Below are positions 1-8,073 of a DNA stretch of 64,000 nucleotides, in pieces. A model generated the notes under the pieces. It had not been told where the DNA came from. It was given only the letters and a program-made list of their open reading frames with translations, and ran no database searches. Source of the DNA: Alphaproteobacteria bacterium. Its GTDB lineage: Bacteria > Pseudomonadota > Alphaproteobacteria > UBA6615. How positions within the stretch are numbered: the stretch's first letter is position 1; each line of letters opens with the position of its first letter. A program made the translations under genes and the position numbers. The stretch lies in assembly GCA_009694135.1 (NCBI GenBank), contig SHVS01000012.1:2401-66400 (forward strand), read 5' to 3'.

Positions 1-266
1 GTCGGGCTTCGATCCGCCGGGCTTAGTTTTGCGAGCGGCCATGCATAGCTCCTAGCGCTTTGATTTGTAATGATTCTAGGCGACTCACGTTCCACAATCA
101 AGCACGCAGCCCCGACCAGCCTCGCCGGCCACGCTCCCGCTGGAGCCAATGCCGACCATGCACTAACATTCGCCGCGGACCACCTACTGGGGGCCGGTCA
201 ACACCACAGATCGGATCGTTATTATCTCGTGGAATCCTGCACTTATGTGAGCATGAATGGCCTTGA

Positions 267-2276
267 ATGTCCGGTGATGGCGCTATGGAAAGCATCGGTT
301 TTTTCGTTGGCGCTCTGGTTCCGACGGCAATTTTGATGATGATATTTCATCGTCTATTGCGACCGCATTGCGCGCCATTGGCTTGCATTGTGATCGCAAA
401 CGGGTTGTCTCTATTCCTCATTTCGGTGCTTGCAGGTTTCGGACTGGCGAATGGAGATCGGCCAGATTTCGTCGGCGCATTTGCTCAAAATGTGCTTCCC
501 CAAACTGTCTGGCTCGTTGTCGGCCTCTTCCGACTCACGCGCGTAGGTCCGCCCTCACTGGCCATTTCACCTACGCCCTTGGATTCTTCGCCAAGAGAAG
601 CTTCGCCTACAGCTATCTCGTTTCCGGGTGGACCAAACATAGCGGCCGCGCCCACTATCTACGATTCGGACGGCGACGAGAAAAGTCACACGACAACCGA
701 AGCTTTGGCACCGCCAACACCCCGGCGCTTTTATAATTTTATTGCAATGCACTGGCGGGGGGAATTTTCCTTAGGCCTGTCTTACTGGGGCATTTCTTTT
801 CTCGGCGGCATCGTCGCGGCCGCGTTGGTTGCACTATTGCCTAGCGCCCTTTCAATCATGTTCAACACTGATCGCATTTACGACCCACAACAGTTGTTCT
901 GGGCGCTTTTCCTGAGCTGGTCGGTCTTGGCTTTTATCACGCTATGGCAACTCGTCGGCGTATGGCGATCAGCGACGCGTCATTTCGACCGACGGATGAA
1001 ACAGGGCAAAAGCACGGGCTGGGCTACTGCAGCGAAGTTCGCTGTTGCAATCGGTTTTCTGAGTTCTATCGGACAGTTCATAAGTACCGGCGCGCCTCAG
1101 ATTTCTGAAACTTACAACATGGCTTATCTAGGCGATCCTGACATTCCAGAATATGCGCTTCGCATAATGCGGAATGGCACTGAGATTGAGCTTACAGGAG
1201 GGTTCAAGTTTGGATTAGCCGATGACTTTGCAAAGGCTCTGAAGACTTCACCGCAGATTCGGGTGGTCCATCTAAACAGCCTTGGCGGCCGCACCGGGGA
1301 GGCTGAGAAGCTTTACTTGCTCATTCGGAAAAATGGCCTGATTACGTACGTATCCTCACGCTGCGCGTCAGTTTGCACCCTGGCATATTCGGCCAGGCGC
1401 GAGCGCTGGATTGATCGCAATGGCCGACTAGGTTTTCACGGATTAGCGTTTCCGGGCATGGATGCGGCTTTAATAGAGAAAGCCACGTTTCACTTTAAGG
1501 AACTCGTGATCGCCGCTGGGTATGACCGCTTATTTGTTGAACGAGCCTTGGCTGTCCCGAACAACGAAATCTGGACTCCTTCATTAGAAGACCTAGCCGA
1601 CAGCAGGGTCGTAACGAATTTCTCAGACGGTGGTCAATTTGCCGCGTCAGGATATGCAACCGGCATTACTTCCGATCAGATGGGCAGTGTTCTCGCCGCA
1701 GCGATACCGGCGATTGCCTCGCTGCAGAAGCGTTTTCCTCAGAACTTTCAGTTGATTGCGAGAGCCTATTATGACGGCTATGTCGCCGGACAAACGCATG
1801 AAGGTCTTTGGGCGGAACTCCGGGAGACGTTAACACCGCTGATTGCGAAACACATTGCACTCGCCGACGACGCCGTGCTTATTGAACTGGCAGGATTGAC
1901 GATTGATATGTTATTGGCACTGAATCAGCGTGACCCGAAACTTTGTTATGAATATGCAGTAGGAGGAAACAGGAATATTTCAAAGGAGTTACCGGAGGCG
2001 CTCAACCAACGCGATCTCGCGCTTGGCGGACGTGTCATCGCCACTTCTGCACCCAGACCTCCGGTAAATGAGCAGGCTACGAACCTGCTGCAAACTCGGA
2101 TCGACGCATCGCTATCGAAGCGCTTCCCACAAAACAAAATTGCACTTCTGCGGGCGAGCACCGTCAGACCGGCGCAATACAGTGACTATTGCATTTTGGT
2201 GATCTCGACGTTCCAGGAAATCATTGCGATGAAGCCCGCAGAGGCTGCGTCGCTGCTTCGAAGGTATTATTCATAA
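267..2276 (+). CDS. hypothetical polytopic membrane protein with ClpP/SppA-like (COG3904-like) domain
   Basis: 669-codon ORF in a lower-GC stretch. Hydrophobic helices are present (FFVGALVPTAILMMIF, GIVAAALVALLPSAL). The segment VHLNSLGGRTGEAEKLYLLIRKNGLITYVSSRCASVCTLAY resembles the ClpP/SppA-fold periplasmic protein family from memory. No precise family assignment is possible. Confidence 0.5.
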   Translation: MSGDGAMESIGFFVGALVPTAILMMIFHRLLRPHCAPLACIVIANGLSLFLISVLAGFGLANGDRPDFVGAFAQNVLPQTVWLVVGLFRLTRVGPPSLAISPTPLDSSPREASPTAISFPGGPNIAAAPTIYDSDGDEKSHTTTEALAPPTPRRFYNFIAMHWRGEFSLGLSYWGISFLGGIVAAALVALLPSALSIMFNTDRIYDPQQLFWALFLSWSVLAFITLWQLVGVWRSATRHFDRRMKQGKSTGWATAAKFAVAIGFLSSIGQFISTGAPQISETYNMAYLGDPDIPEYALRIMRNGTEIELTGGFKFGLADDFAKALKTSPQIRVVHLNSLGGRTGEAEKLYLLIRKNGLITYVSSRCASVCTLAYSARRERWIDRNGRLGFHGLAFPGMDAALIEKATFHFKELVIAAGYDRLFVERALAVPNNEIWTPSLEDLADSRVVTNFSDGGQFAASGYATGITSDQMGSVLAAAIPAIASLQKRFPQNFQLIARAYYDGYVAGQTHEGLWAELRETLTPLIAKHIALADDAVLIELAGLTIDMLLALNQRDPKLCYEYAVGGNRNISKELPEALNQRDLALGGRVIATSAPRPPVNEQATNLLQTRIDASLSKRFPQNKIALLRASTVRPAQYSDYCILVISTFQEIIAMKPAEAASLLRRYYS

Positions 2277-2597
2277 TACTAGGCTACGGACCCATAAATC
2301 GCTTGAGCCAACGCGATTTTCTGTGATTTGCGCTCGCAAACTGCGTCAGAGACGTTCAGTACCGTCAGTGTCCAACCCCCATTGAACTGGTCCGACTGGA
2401 TGAGGGGTTCTTCGCATCGAAGAGGGCTGCCATTGAATGCGCGACGTGATTGCAATCCGGAACCAAATAAGGGGATCAGAGACAACTTCGGACTTAGGCG
2501 GATGGAACTAGGCTCCGGACTCACAACCAGTAGCTGACGGTGGCGGCGGTCTCGGTGGCCATCACCGGGACGCGGTTGAAACGGTGCAAGTCGCTTA

Positions 2598-2621
2598 TTT
2601 CGTTACTTTCGTTTGTTTCGT
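2598..2621. repeat. three direct TTTCGT copies at 9-bp phasing
   Basis: TTTCGT occurs at 2598-2603, 2607-2612 and 2616-2621 in an AT-richer non-coding patch. Confidence 0.6.
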
Positions 2622-2635
2622 AGTCCCGGTGCGCG

Positions 2636-2748
2636 CTAAGGCCGCCAACCATCTGTCGCAGGAGTTGGCGGTCTTAGTCAGAAGTGGCGGATTTCTGCGC
2701 CTCTCAGCTAAGGCCGCCAAGTCTGTGGGACGGGGTTGGCGGCCTTAG
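2636..2748. repeat. two copies of a ~41-nt palindromic (hairpin) repeat unit
   Basis: Unit 1 (2636-2677) is CTAAGGCCGCCAAC...GTTGGCGGTCTTAG. Unit 2 (2708-2748) is CTAAGGCCGCCAA...TTGGCGGCCTTAG. Both share the same 13-14 nt arms and lie 72 bp apart. Unit 2 overlaps the stop codon of the 2745-3431 ORF. Confidence 0.75.
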
Positions 2749-3431
2749 GCTTGTAGCCAGTGCCACTCACCTTCCTCGCCGATGCCGCCAATCCGCTTGG
2801 CCGCAACGCCCAACTTGACCTTGGCGCGCTCGACCGTCCGCCACGAGAACCCTTTGGTGGAGGCTTCGGCCTGCAGCAGCGTGACTGCGGCCGGGCCAGC
2901 AACAAGCCTCGGGGACAACCATGCGGCTGCTGCCGCTTCCTTGGTCCCGCGTTCCTCTGACCCTGACGCCAGCGCTTCATCCGCAGTCATGAACACCGGG
3001 CCGTCGTCCCAAACGATGCGTGGAGCAGGTCCCGCGCCGTCGATTTTGAAGCTCAAGCCTCCCTTGTCAGGACTGAGATTGTTTTTGAGCGGCAAGAATA
3101 GCCGGCGCTCATCATCCTTGGGATCGCGGCAGACAAAATGCGCGGCGCGCGCGGCTGCCACGAAACCGATACTGCCGATTACGCGATAGAGCGCGGTTGT
3201 GCCGGTGGCTTTTGACGGATGCGTGATACAGACGATTGCCACGCGCCGCAGCGAGGCAAGGTCTGCAAGCGGCGTGAGCAATCCGCGCAGCGCCGAGTTG
3301 TTGTGGCTGTCAGTGTTGCCGAGATAGGCCGGGATGGGATGCGATGGCCGAACAAGCGGGACCAGCTCAGTTCGTGGCCTCGGCGCGCTGCAACGACCGG
3401 CGCGTCCGGTACACCTTGACAGTGAAGCCAC
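2745..3431 (-). pseudogene. 5'-truncated AAA_25/RepA-like ATPase of integrative or plasmid elements (C-terminal two thirds only)
   Basis: VAIVCITHPSKATGTTALYRVIGSIGFVAAARAAHFVC and LFLPLKNNLSPDKGGLSFKI match the sensor/H-x-x-K region of AAA_25-type ATPases. A C-terminal wHTH-like tail follows. No Walker A region is present upstream before the next gene. Confidence 0.55.
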
Positions 3432-3548
3432 ACAGGCAGAGGTTTATGTCTCTAAGTCTGGCCATCTGGGGCATCCAGGTTAAAAGGTACCCACCAGAGG
3501 TGCGGGTCAGTGCAAATTCGTTATCTCGCTGCAACAGTGGAGGATAGA

Positions 3549-5351
3549 ATGCGGCACTCATCACCAATATGCCGGCGAACGCTGAAACTGGCGTTGCTTG
3601 GCGGAGCCTTGTCGCTGCTCGCGACTTGGCCTGGATACGCGGCCGACGTGACTAAGGCGCGCCTCGAGGGCGCAGCTGCCGAACCACAAAACTGGCTGCT
3701 GCCCTATGGCAACTACGAAGGCCACATGTTCTCGAGGCTCGACCAGATCAATCGCGGCAACGTCGCCAACCTCAAGGTTGCCTTCACCCTTCCGCTTGCT
3801 TCGGCGCTGACCGGCAATCCCGACCTCAACCTCATGAACCACGGCATCGCCGACGACGGTTTCCTGTACATCGATGACGGCCGCGGTGGCATCTACAAGG
3901 TCGACCTGAACTCCAACGACAAGGCACAGATCGTGTGGAAGGCGGACGCAGCGGTGTCGGCCGATGAATCGAACCGCTCGCGCGGCATCGCCGTCTGGGG
4001 CAACGCCGTGTTCCACAACCTGACCGACGGCCGCGTCGTCAAGGTCAACCGCGACACCGGCGAGATTATGTTCGACAAGCTGGTTGCGCGCACCGACCAC
4101 CCGAAAGGTTCGGGAGTTAATATCAAGGGCGAGTATTTCTCCGCGGCGCCGCTGGTCGTAAACGGCAAGATCATGGTCGCCAACAGCTACGGCGACGGCC
4201 TGACCCGCGGCTGGCTGCACGCCATGAATCCGGATACCGGCGCCGAGCTGTGGCGCACCTACATGGTGCCCGCCCCGGGCGAGCCCGGCCACGAGACCTG
4301 GAAGGACAACAACGAGGCCTGGCGTATCGGCGGCGCGGGGCTGTGGACGACCGGGACCTACGATCCGGCGTTGAACCTGACCTACTGGGGCACGGGCAAC
4401 GCGCAGCCGATGTTCGACGTGCAGTATCGGCCGGGCGACAACTTGTACTCGGCCTCGATCGTCGCGATGAACGTCGACGACGGCAAGATCAAATGGCACT
4501 TCCAGTACACGCCGAACGAGGGCTGGGACTACGACGAGAACGGCGTGCACCAGATCTACAACGTCAACGTCGGCGGCGCCCCGCGCAAGATCATCGGCCA
4601 TTGGGGCCGCAACGGGTTTTTCTATCGCCTCGACGGCGTGAACGGCGCCTTCATGGACGCGACCCAGTACGTGGCCAAGGTGACCTGGACCAAGGGCATC
4701 GACCCCAAGACCGGCAAGCCGGTGGAATACGATCCGAGCAAGGCGGTGCAGACATACATCCCGGAAACGCGCATGCTGCGCGGCGACGCTCCAGAAACCT
4801 ACTGCCCGACCATCACCGGCGGCGTGCGCTGGCAGTCGGTCGCGTTCAATCCGACCAAGAACCGTTCCTATTCGGCGGCAATCGACGGCTGCACGACGAT
4901 CCAGGTCGGCGAGTCGAAGCGCTTGGCGGGAACGGCCATGTTGGACCCGAAGGCGCCAGGCGGCATTCGTGGCCGCATCGACGCCGCGACCAAGAACCTC
5001 GGCTATACTGGCCTGGTTCGGTCGGTCGACGTGCTGACCAACAAGATGGTCGCGAGCTTCTCCTACCCCTATGAGAGCCAGTCGGGCGCATTTGCGACCG
5101 CCGGCGGTCTGATCTTCACGGCTTTCCTCGACGGCCGCGTCGTCGCGCTCGACGACGAGACGCTCAAGGAACTGTGGCACTTCAACACCGGCGTCATCAC
5201 CAAGGCGCCGCCATTCTCCTTCTCCGCGAAGGGCAAGCAGTATATCGCCATCCTTGCCGGCGGCGGGCGCAAGGGAAGCGGCTACACGGCGGCGTGGCCG
5301 GAGGCGAAGAACTGGGTCAACGGTCCGGTGGTATTCTTCTTCGCGCTTTAG
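3549..5351 (+). CDS. PQQ-dependent dehydrogenase, methanol/ethanol family (8-bladed propeller), secreted
   Basis: GGAGGA lies 4 nt before ATG 3549. Signal peptide is MRHSSPICRRTLKLALLGGALSLLATWPGYA. Family blocks include NWLLPYGNYEGHMFS, LWRTYMVPAPGEPGHETWK, WGTGNAQP and KWHFQYTPNEGWDYDENG. Confidence 0.85.
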   Translation: MRHSSPICRRTLKLALLGGALSLLATWPGYAADVTKARLEGAAAEPQNWLLPYGNYEGHMFSRLDQINRGNVANLKVAFTLPLASALTGNPDLNLMNHGIADDGFLYIDDGRGGIYKVDLNSNDKAQIVWKADAAVSADESNRSRGIAVWGNAVFHNLTDGRVVKVNRDTGEIMFDKLVARTDHPKGSGVNIKGEYFSAAPLVVNGKIMVANSYGDGLTRGWLHAMNPDTGAELWRTYMVPAPGEPGHETWKDNNEAWRIGGAGLWTTGTYDPALNLTYWGTGNAQPMFDVQYRPGDNLYSASIVAMNVDDGKIKWHFQYTPNEGWDYDENGVHQIYNVNVGGAPRKIIGHWGRNGFFYRLDGVNGAFMDATQYVAKVTWTKGIDPKTGKPVEYDPSKAVQTYIPETRMLRGDAPETYCPTITGGVRWQSVAFNPTKNRSYSAAIDGCTTIQVGESKRLAGTAMLDPKAPGGIRGRIDAATKNLGYTGLVRSVDVLTNKMVASFSYPYESQSGAFATAGGLIFTAFLDGRVVALDDETLKELWHFNTGVITKAPPFSFSAKGKQYIAILAGGGRKGSGYTAAWPEAKNWVNGPVVFFFAL

Positions 5352-5513
5352 TGCTCGACGAGAGTAAGTCACGGGCCATCGTGAGGGTGGGGTCGGATCG
5401 CAGCGCGGTCCGGCCCCTCCTCCCGCAAGAGGCCTTCGACTGGCGTGGCCCGCGCTAGGCCGGTAACGCGACGGCGGTGCAAGCTAAATGGACCTCCGAC
5501 CGGGATTATTTCA

Positions 5514-7013
5514 ATGATGCGAAATACGCGTGCCGGAACAATTGCGGTCCTTGCCGCTGTTACTCTTCTGCTATCGAACGCAGCCGTCGCGCAAGCCCCA
5601 GTGAGCGTGGCCCCTGGCGGTGCTGAAAGTCGACCGCGCCGCGATACCATCTGGGACCTGCCGCTCGGCGCGCATGCGAAGGAGTTGCGGCGCGACGTTT
5701 ATTCAGGTTTCGCCTGCGGCAGCGATGGCGGGCCGCCTGGCATTCCGCTCAAGTCCTGGGCCGAATTCGCCCGCTGTCGCGCCGAGCCGAAGACCGGTTT
5801 TCACGAAGTCTACTTCCGCTACGACGAAGAGCTTGAATATCGCAGCAAGGCGCTCGACCCAATGGGCGAGACCGGCGTGCGCCACGAGGGCACGTCCGAA
5901 TTTCAGCAACCGATCATTGTCTCCGCGCTATTCGACGATTTCGGCTTTTTGAGCGGAGTTCGCCTCGTCACCGATCCGCGAACGACGTCGGATCTGCGTG
6001 AGCGCGGCGTCCGTCTGGCGGACGCGCTGCAAAGCCGCTTCGGCTTTGCAGGTTGGGCGTGCGAGGACCTGGAACCGGCCGAGGGCGAAACGCCCTACCG
6101 CAATTCCCTGATCAAGTCGCGCTGCACCAAGGACAATCCCGCGGGCGGCGTGCGCATGGTGATCGAGCGGCACTTCTACCGCAAGAAGGGCCAGGTGATG
6201 GTTGACGCGGTCACCCGCGCTGTGACCGAGGGCGCCTTCGCCAGCGAGACTCGTTTTCATAGCATTCTGACCAAGCCGGTCCCGGATGCTGCCGCGCGCC
6301 ATGCCACTATTGCCGAGCCGACGCCCACCGCGGTCGAGCGCCTGGCGGAGCGAGTGCGAAATTGCCGTGGCTGCGATCTGCGCGGGCTCGACCTTAAATC
6401 GGCTGACCTGCGCGACGCGAAGCTCGCCGGCGCCGATCTGTCGGGTGCGATCCTGCACGCCGCCGACCTGACCGGCGCGGACCTGACTGGGGCCAATCTC
6501 GGCGGCGCCAATCTTAACCGCGCCAATCTCCGTCGCGCCCGCCTCTCGGGCGCCAACCTGAGTAGCGCGATGCTGTACGAGGCTCGGCTCGATGGCGCCG
6601 ACCTTACCGACGCGAATATGTCACAGGCCAATGCGGCGCGGGCGGAAATGACCAGCGCGGTCGCGCCGCGGCTGATCGCTTTCGACGCCGATCTGCGTTT
6701 CGCGCGCATGCTCGGCATCGATCTTTCGGGCGCGGACTTAAGCGGGTCGTGGCTCAACGACGCTCAGCTCGCGCGCTCGAACCTGGAGCGGATCAGCCTG
6801 GTCGATGCCCGCCTGTGGAGCACGTCGCTGATCGAGGTCAATCTGCGCCAGGCCAACGCGCTCCGGGCAGACCTCACCCATGCCGACCTACGCGGCGCAG
6901 ATCTATCGTCGGCGAATTTCTCTTCGGCGCGGATGTCTTTTGCGGTGGTTGCCAACATGATCACGGCAAACACGGTTTTCGAGGACGCGGAACTGCCCGC
7001 CGGCCTGCGCTAA
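5514..7013 (+). CDS. secreted pentapeptide-repeat protein with unknown ~270-aa N-terminal domain
   Basis: Signal peptide is MMRNTRAGTIAVLAAVTLLLSNAAVAQA. The C-terminal ~200 aa are uninterrupted A(D/N)LxG-type pentapeptide repeats (DLRGLDLKSADLRDAKLAGADLSGAILHAADLTGADLTGANLGGANL...). Confidence 0.8.
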   Translation: MMRNTRAGTIAVLAAVTLLLSNAAVAQAPVSVAPGGAESRPRRDTIWDLPLGAHAKELRRDVYSGFACGSDGGPPGIPLKSWAEFARCRAEPKTGFHEVYFRYDEELEYRSKALDPMGETGVRHEGTSEFQQPIIVSALFDDFGFLSGVRLVTDPRTTSDLRERGVRLADALQSRFGFAGWACEDLEPAEGETPYRNSLIKSRCTKDNPAGGVRMVIERHFYRKKGQVMVDAVTRAVTEGAFASETRFHSILTKPVPDAAARHATIAEPTPTAVERLAERVRNCRGCDLRGLDLKSADLRDAKLAGADLSGAILHAADLTGADLTGANLGGANLNRANLRRARLSGANLSSAMLYEARLDGADLTDANMSQANAARAEMTSAVAPRLIAFDADLRFARMLGIDLSGADLSGSWLNDAQLARSNLERISLVDARLWSTSLIEVNLRQANALRADLTHADLRGADLSSANFSSARMSFAVVANMITANTVFEDAELPAGLR

Positions 7014-7102
7014 CGTTGCGGGGGCCGCTGCAGGGGCTGTGCCGATCGCGCGGCGCGGGCAGCTGAACGGCGGTTGAAGGGCAGTAGCATGGAGGGCGCC
7101 GA

Positions 7103-7612
7103 ATGCGCGGCTTGTTGACGATCGGACGCACGATTGTGATGTTTGGCCTGTTGCTAGGCGCCCTGCCGGTACTCGCGCAGGACGCTAAGCCGGACCCCGC
7201 GATGGTGACGCTGGGCGAGGGGTTCTGGAAGCGGTCAGAATGCCGCAACTGCCATGGCGGCCTTGCCAACGGCATTCCGGACATGCCGCAAGATCCGCAA
7301 GGCGCCAACCTGCGCAAGGCACAGCTCAGCCTGCCGCAGATCGCCGAAGTGATAAAGTGCGGCCGACCGGGCACCGAGATGCCGTATTTCGATAGTCTCG
7401 CCTACACCGACAAGCGCTGCTACGGTGCAACTGCAGCGGATCTGGGCAACGCCATGCCGCCGGGTGGCAGTGCCATGAGCCAGCGACAAATTGATGCACT
7501 GGCCGCGTTTGTCGCGGCCACCTTCGTCGGCAAACCGGACCCAACCTTCGAGGATTGCGTCGCGCTCTGGGGCGAGGCGGCGACGACCTGCGCGCGCTTC
7601 CCCAAGAAATAA
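7103..7612 (+). CDS. periplasmic c-type cytochrome
   Basis: GGAGGG RBS and a signal peptide. There is a single CxxCH heme motif (SECRNCHGG), and a distal Met (GTEMPYF) could be the axial ligand. Confidence 0.75.
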   Translation: MRGLLTIGRTIVMFGLLLGALPVLAQDAKPDPAMVTLGEGFWKRSECRNCHGGLANGIPDMPQDPQGANLRKAQLSLPQIAEVIKCGRPGTEMPYFDSLAYTDKRCYGATAADLGNAMPPGGSAMSQRQIDALAAFVAATFVGKPDPTFEDCVALWGEAATTCARFPKK

Positions 7613-7765
7613 GCCAGGCGAACGGACCCTGGTGATCGACGTCGGGTGGTGGGTGATCGAGGCGGAATGTCAGTGCATGACCGGCTTTAGCTCCAGCGAG
7701 AGCGTGACCGGCGAAGCGGGTTGAGGGCGCGCAACCGGCCGCGCGGGCTACCGCCCTGCGGAACG

Positions 7766-7850
7766 CAGATCGCCGTTCACCGAGCGCGGGTTACCGTCCA
7801 CGGCGCGCAGGTTGCTGTCCACGAAGAGCGGGTTGCAGTCCACCGGGGCA
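7766..7850. repeat. four tandem 21-bp direct repeats (consensus GTTRCNGTCCACNNNGNGCGG)
   Basis: The GT(T/C)CAC cores sit at 7775, 7796, 7817 and 7838, exactly 21 bp apart, about 100 bp from the tRNA-Thr 3' end. Confidence 0.75.
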
Positions 7851-7949
7851 GCCCGCAATGGGAGGGCTGCAATGGCTCCTGGTGTTTGCCCGGTGCTTGC
7901 CAGGGCCTCGGACGAGGCCGCGCACTAGCGGCTAAGTCTTTGATAAATA

Positions 7950-8025
7950 TGGTGCCGCCTGGGTGACTCGAACACCCGACCCCCGCATTACGAATGCGAT
8001 GCTCTACCGGCTGAGCTAAGGCGGC
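7950..8025 (-). tRNA. tRNA-Thr (anticodon CGU)
   Basis: The reverse complement folds by hand into a cloverleaf. Acceptor GCCGCCT pairs with AGGCGGC, D arm is GCTC/GAGC, anticodon stem is TCGCA/TGCGG with loop TTCGTAA, and T arm is GGGTG/CACCC. CCA is encoded. Length 76 nt. Confidence 0.92.
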
Positions 8026-8073
8026 AACCGGGCGGGAAGATAGGGTGCAGCCGGTTCCCTTGGCAAGGCGTGA

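Noticed and set aside
1-42. Start of a minus-strand gene (ATG at 42-40, MAARKTKPGGSKPD...) running off the left edge.
   Set aside because: Only 14 codons are visible, too little to call a gene or a function.
2279-2537. Overlapping 81-aa (minus) and 69-aa (plus) ORFs in the lower-GC spacer after the 669-aa gene.
   Set aside because: Neither has an RBS, motifs or a codon-bias signal. They overlap each other and are probably non-coding.
3561-5372. 603-aa minus-strand ORF antisense to the PQQ dehydrogenase. Similar long shadow ORFs occur at 35277-37091, 53952-55892, 58464-61229, 61339-63882, 11990-13561 and 24563-26254.
   Set aside because: These are Arg/Ala/Gly-rich, low-complexity translations lying opposite genes with clear family motifs. 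This is the typical stop-codon-poor antisense frame of GC-rich DNA.
7766-7850. Possible CRISPR array.
   Set aside because: The repeats are contiguous with no spacers, there are only four units, and no cas genes are present in the window.
7721-7966. 81-aa ORF whose translation shows a VAVHxxR heptad repeat.
   Set aside because: The periodicity comes from the 21-bp DNA repeat. The ORF has no RBS and runs into the tRNA-Thr gene, so it is treated as non-coding repeat DNA.
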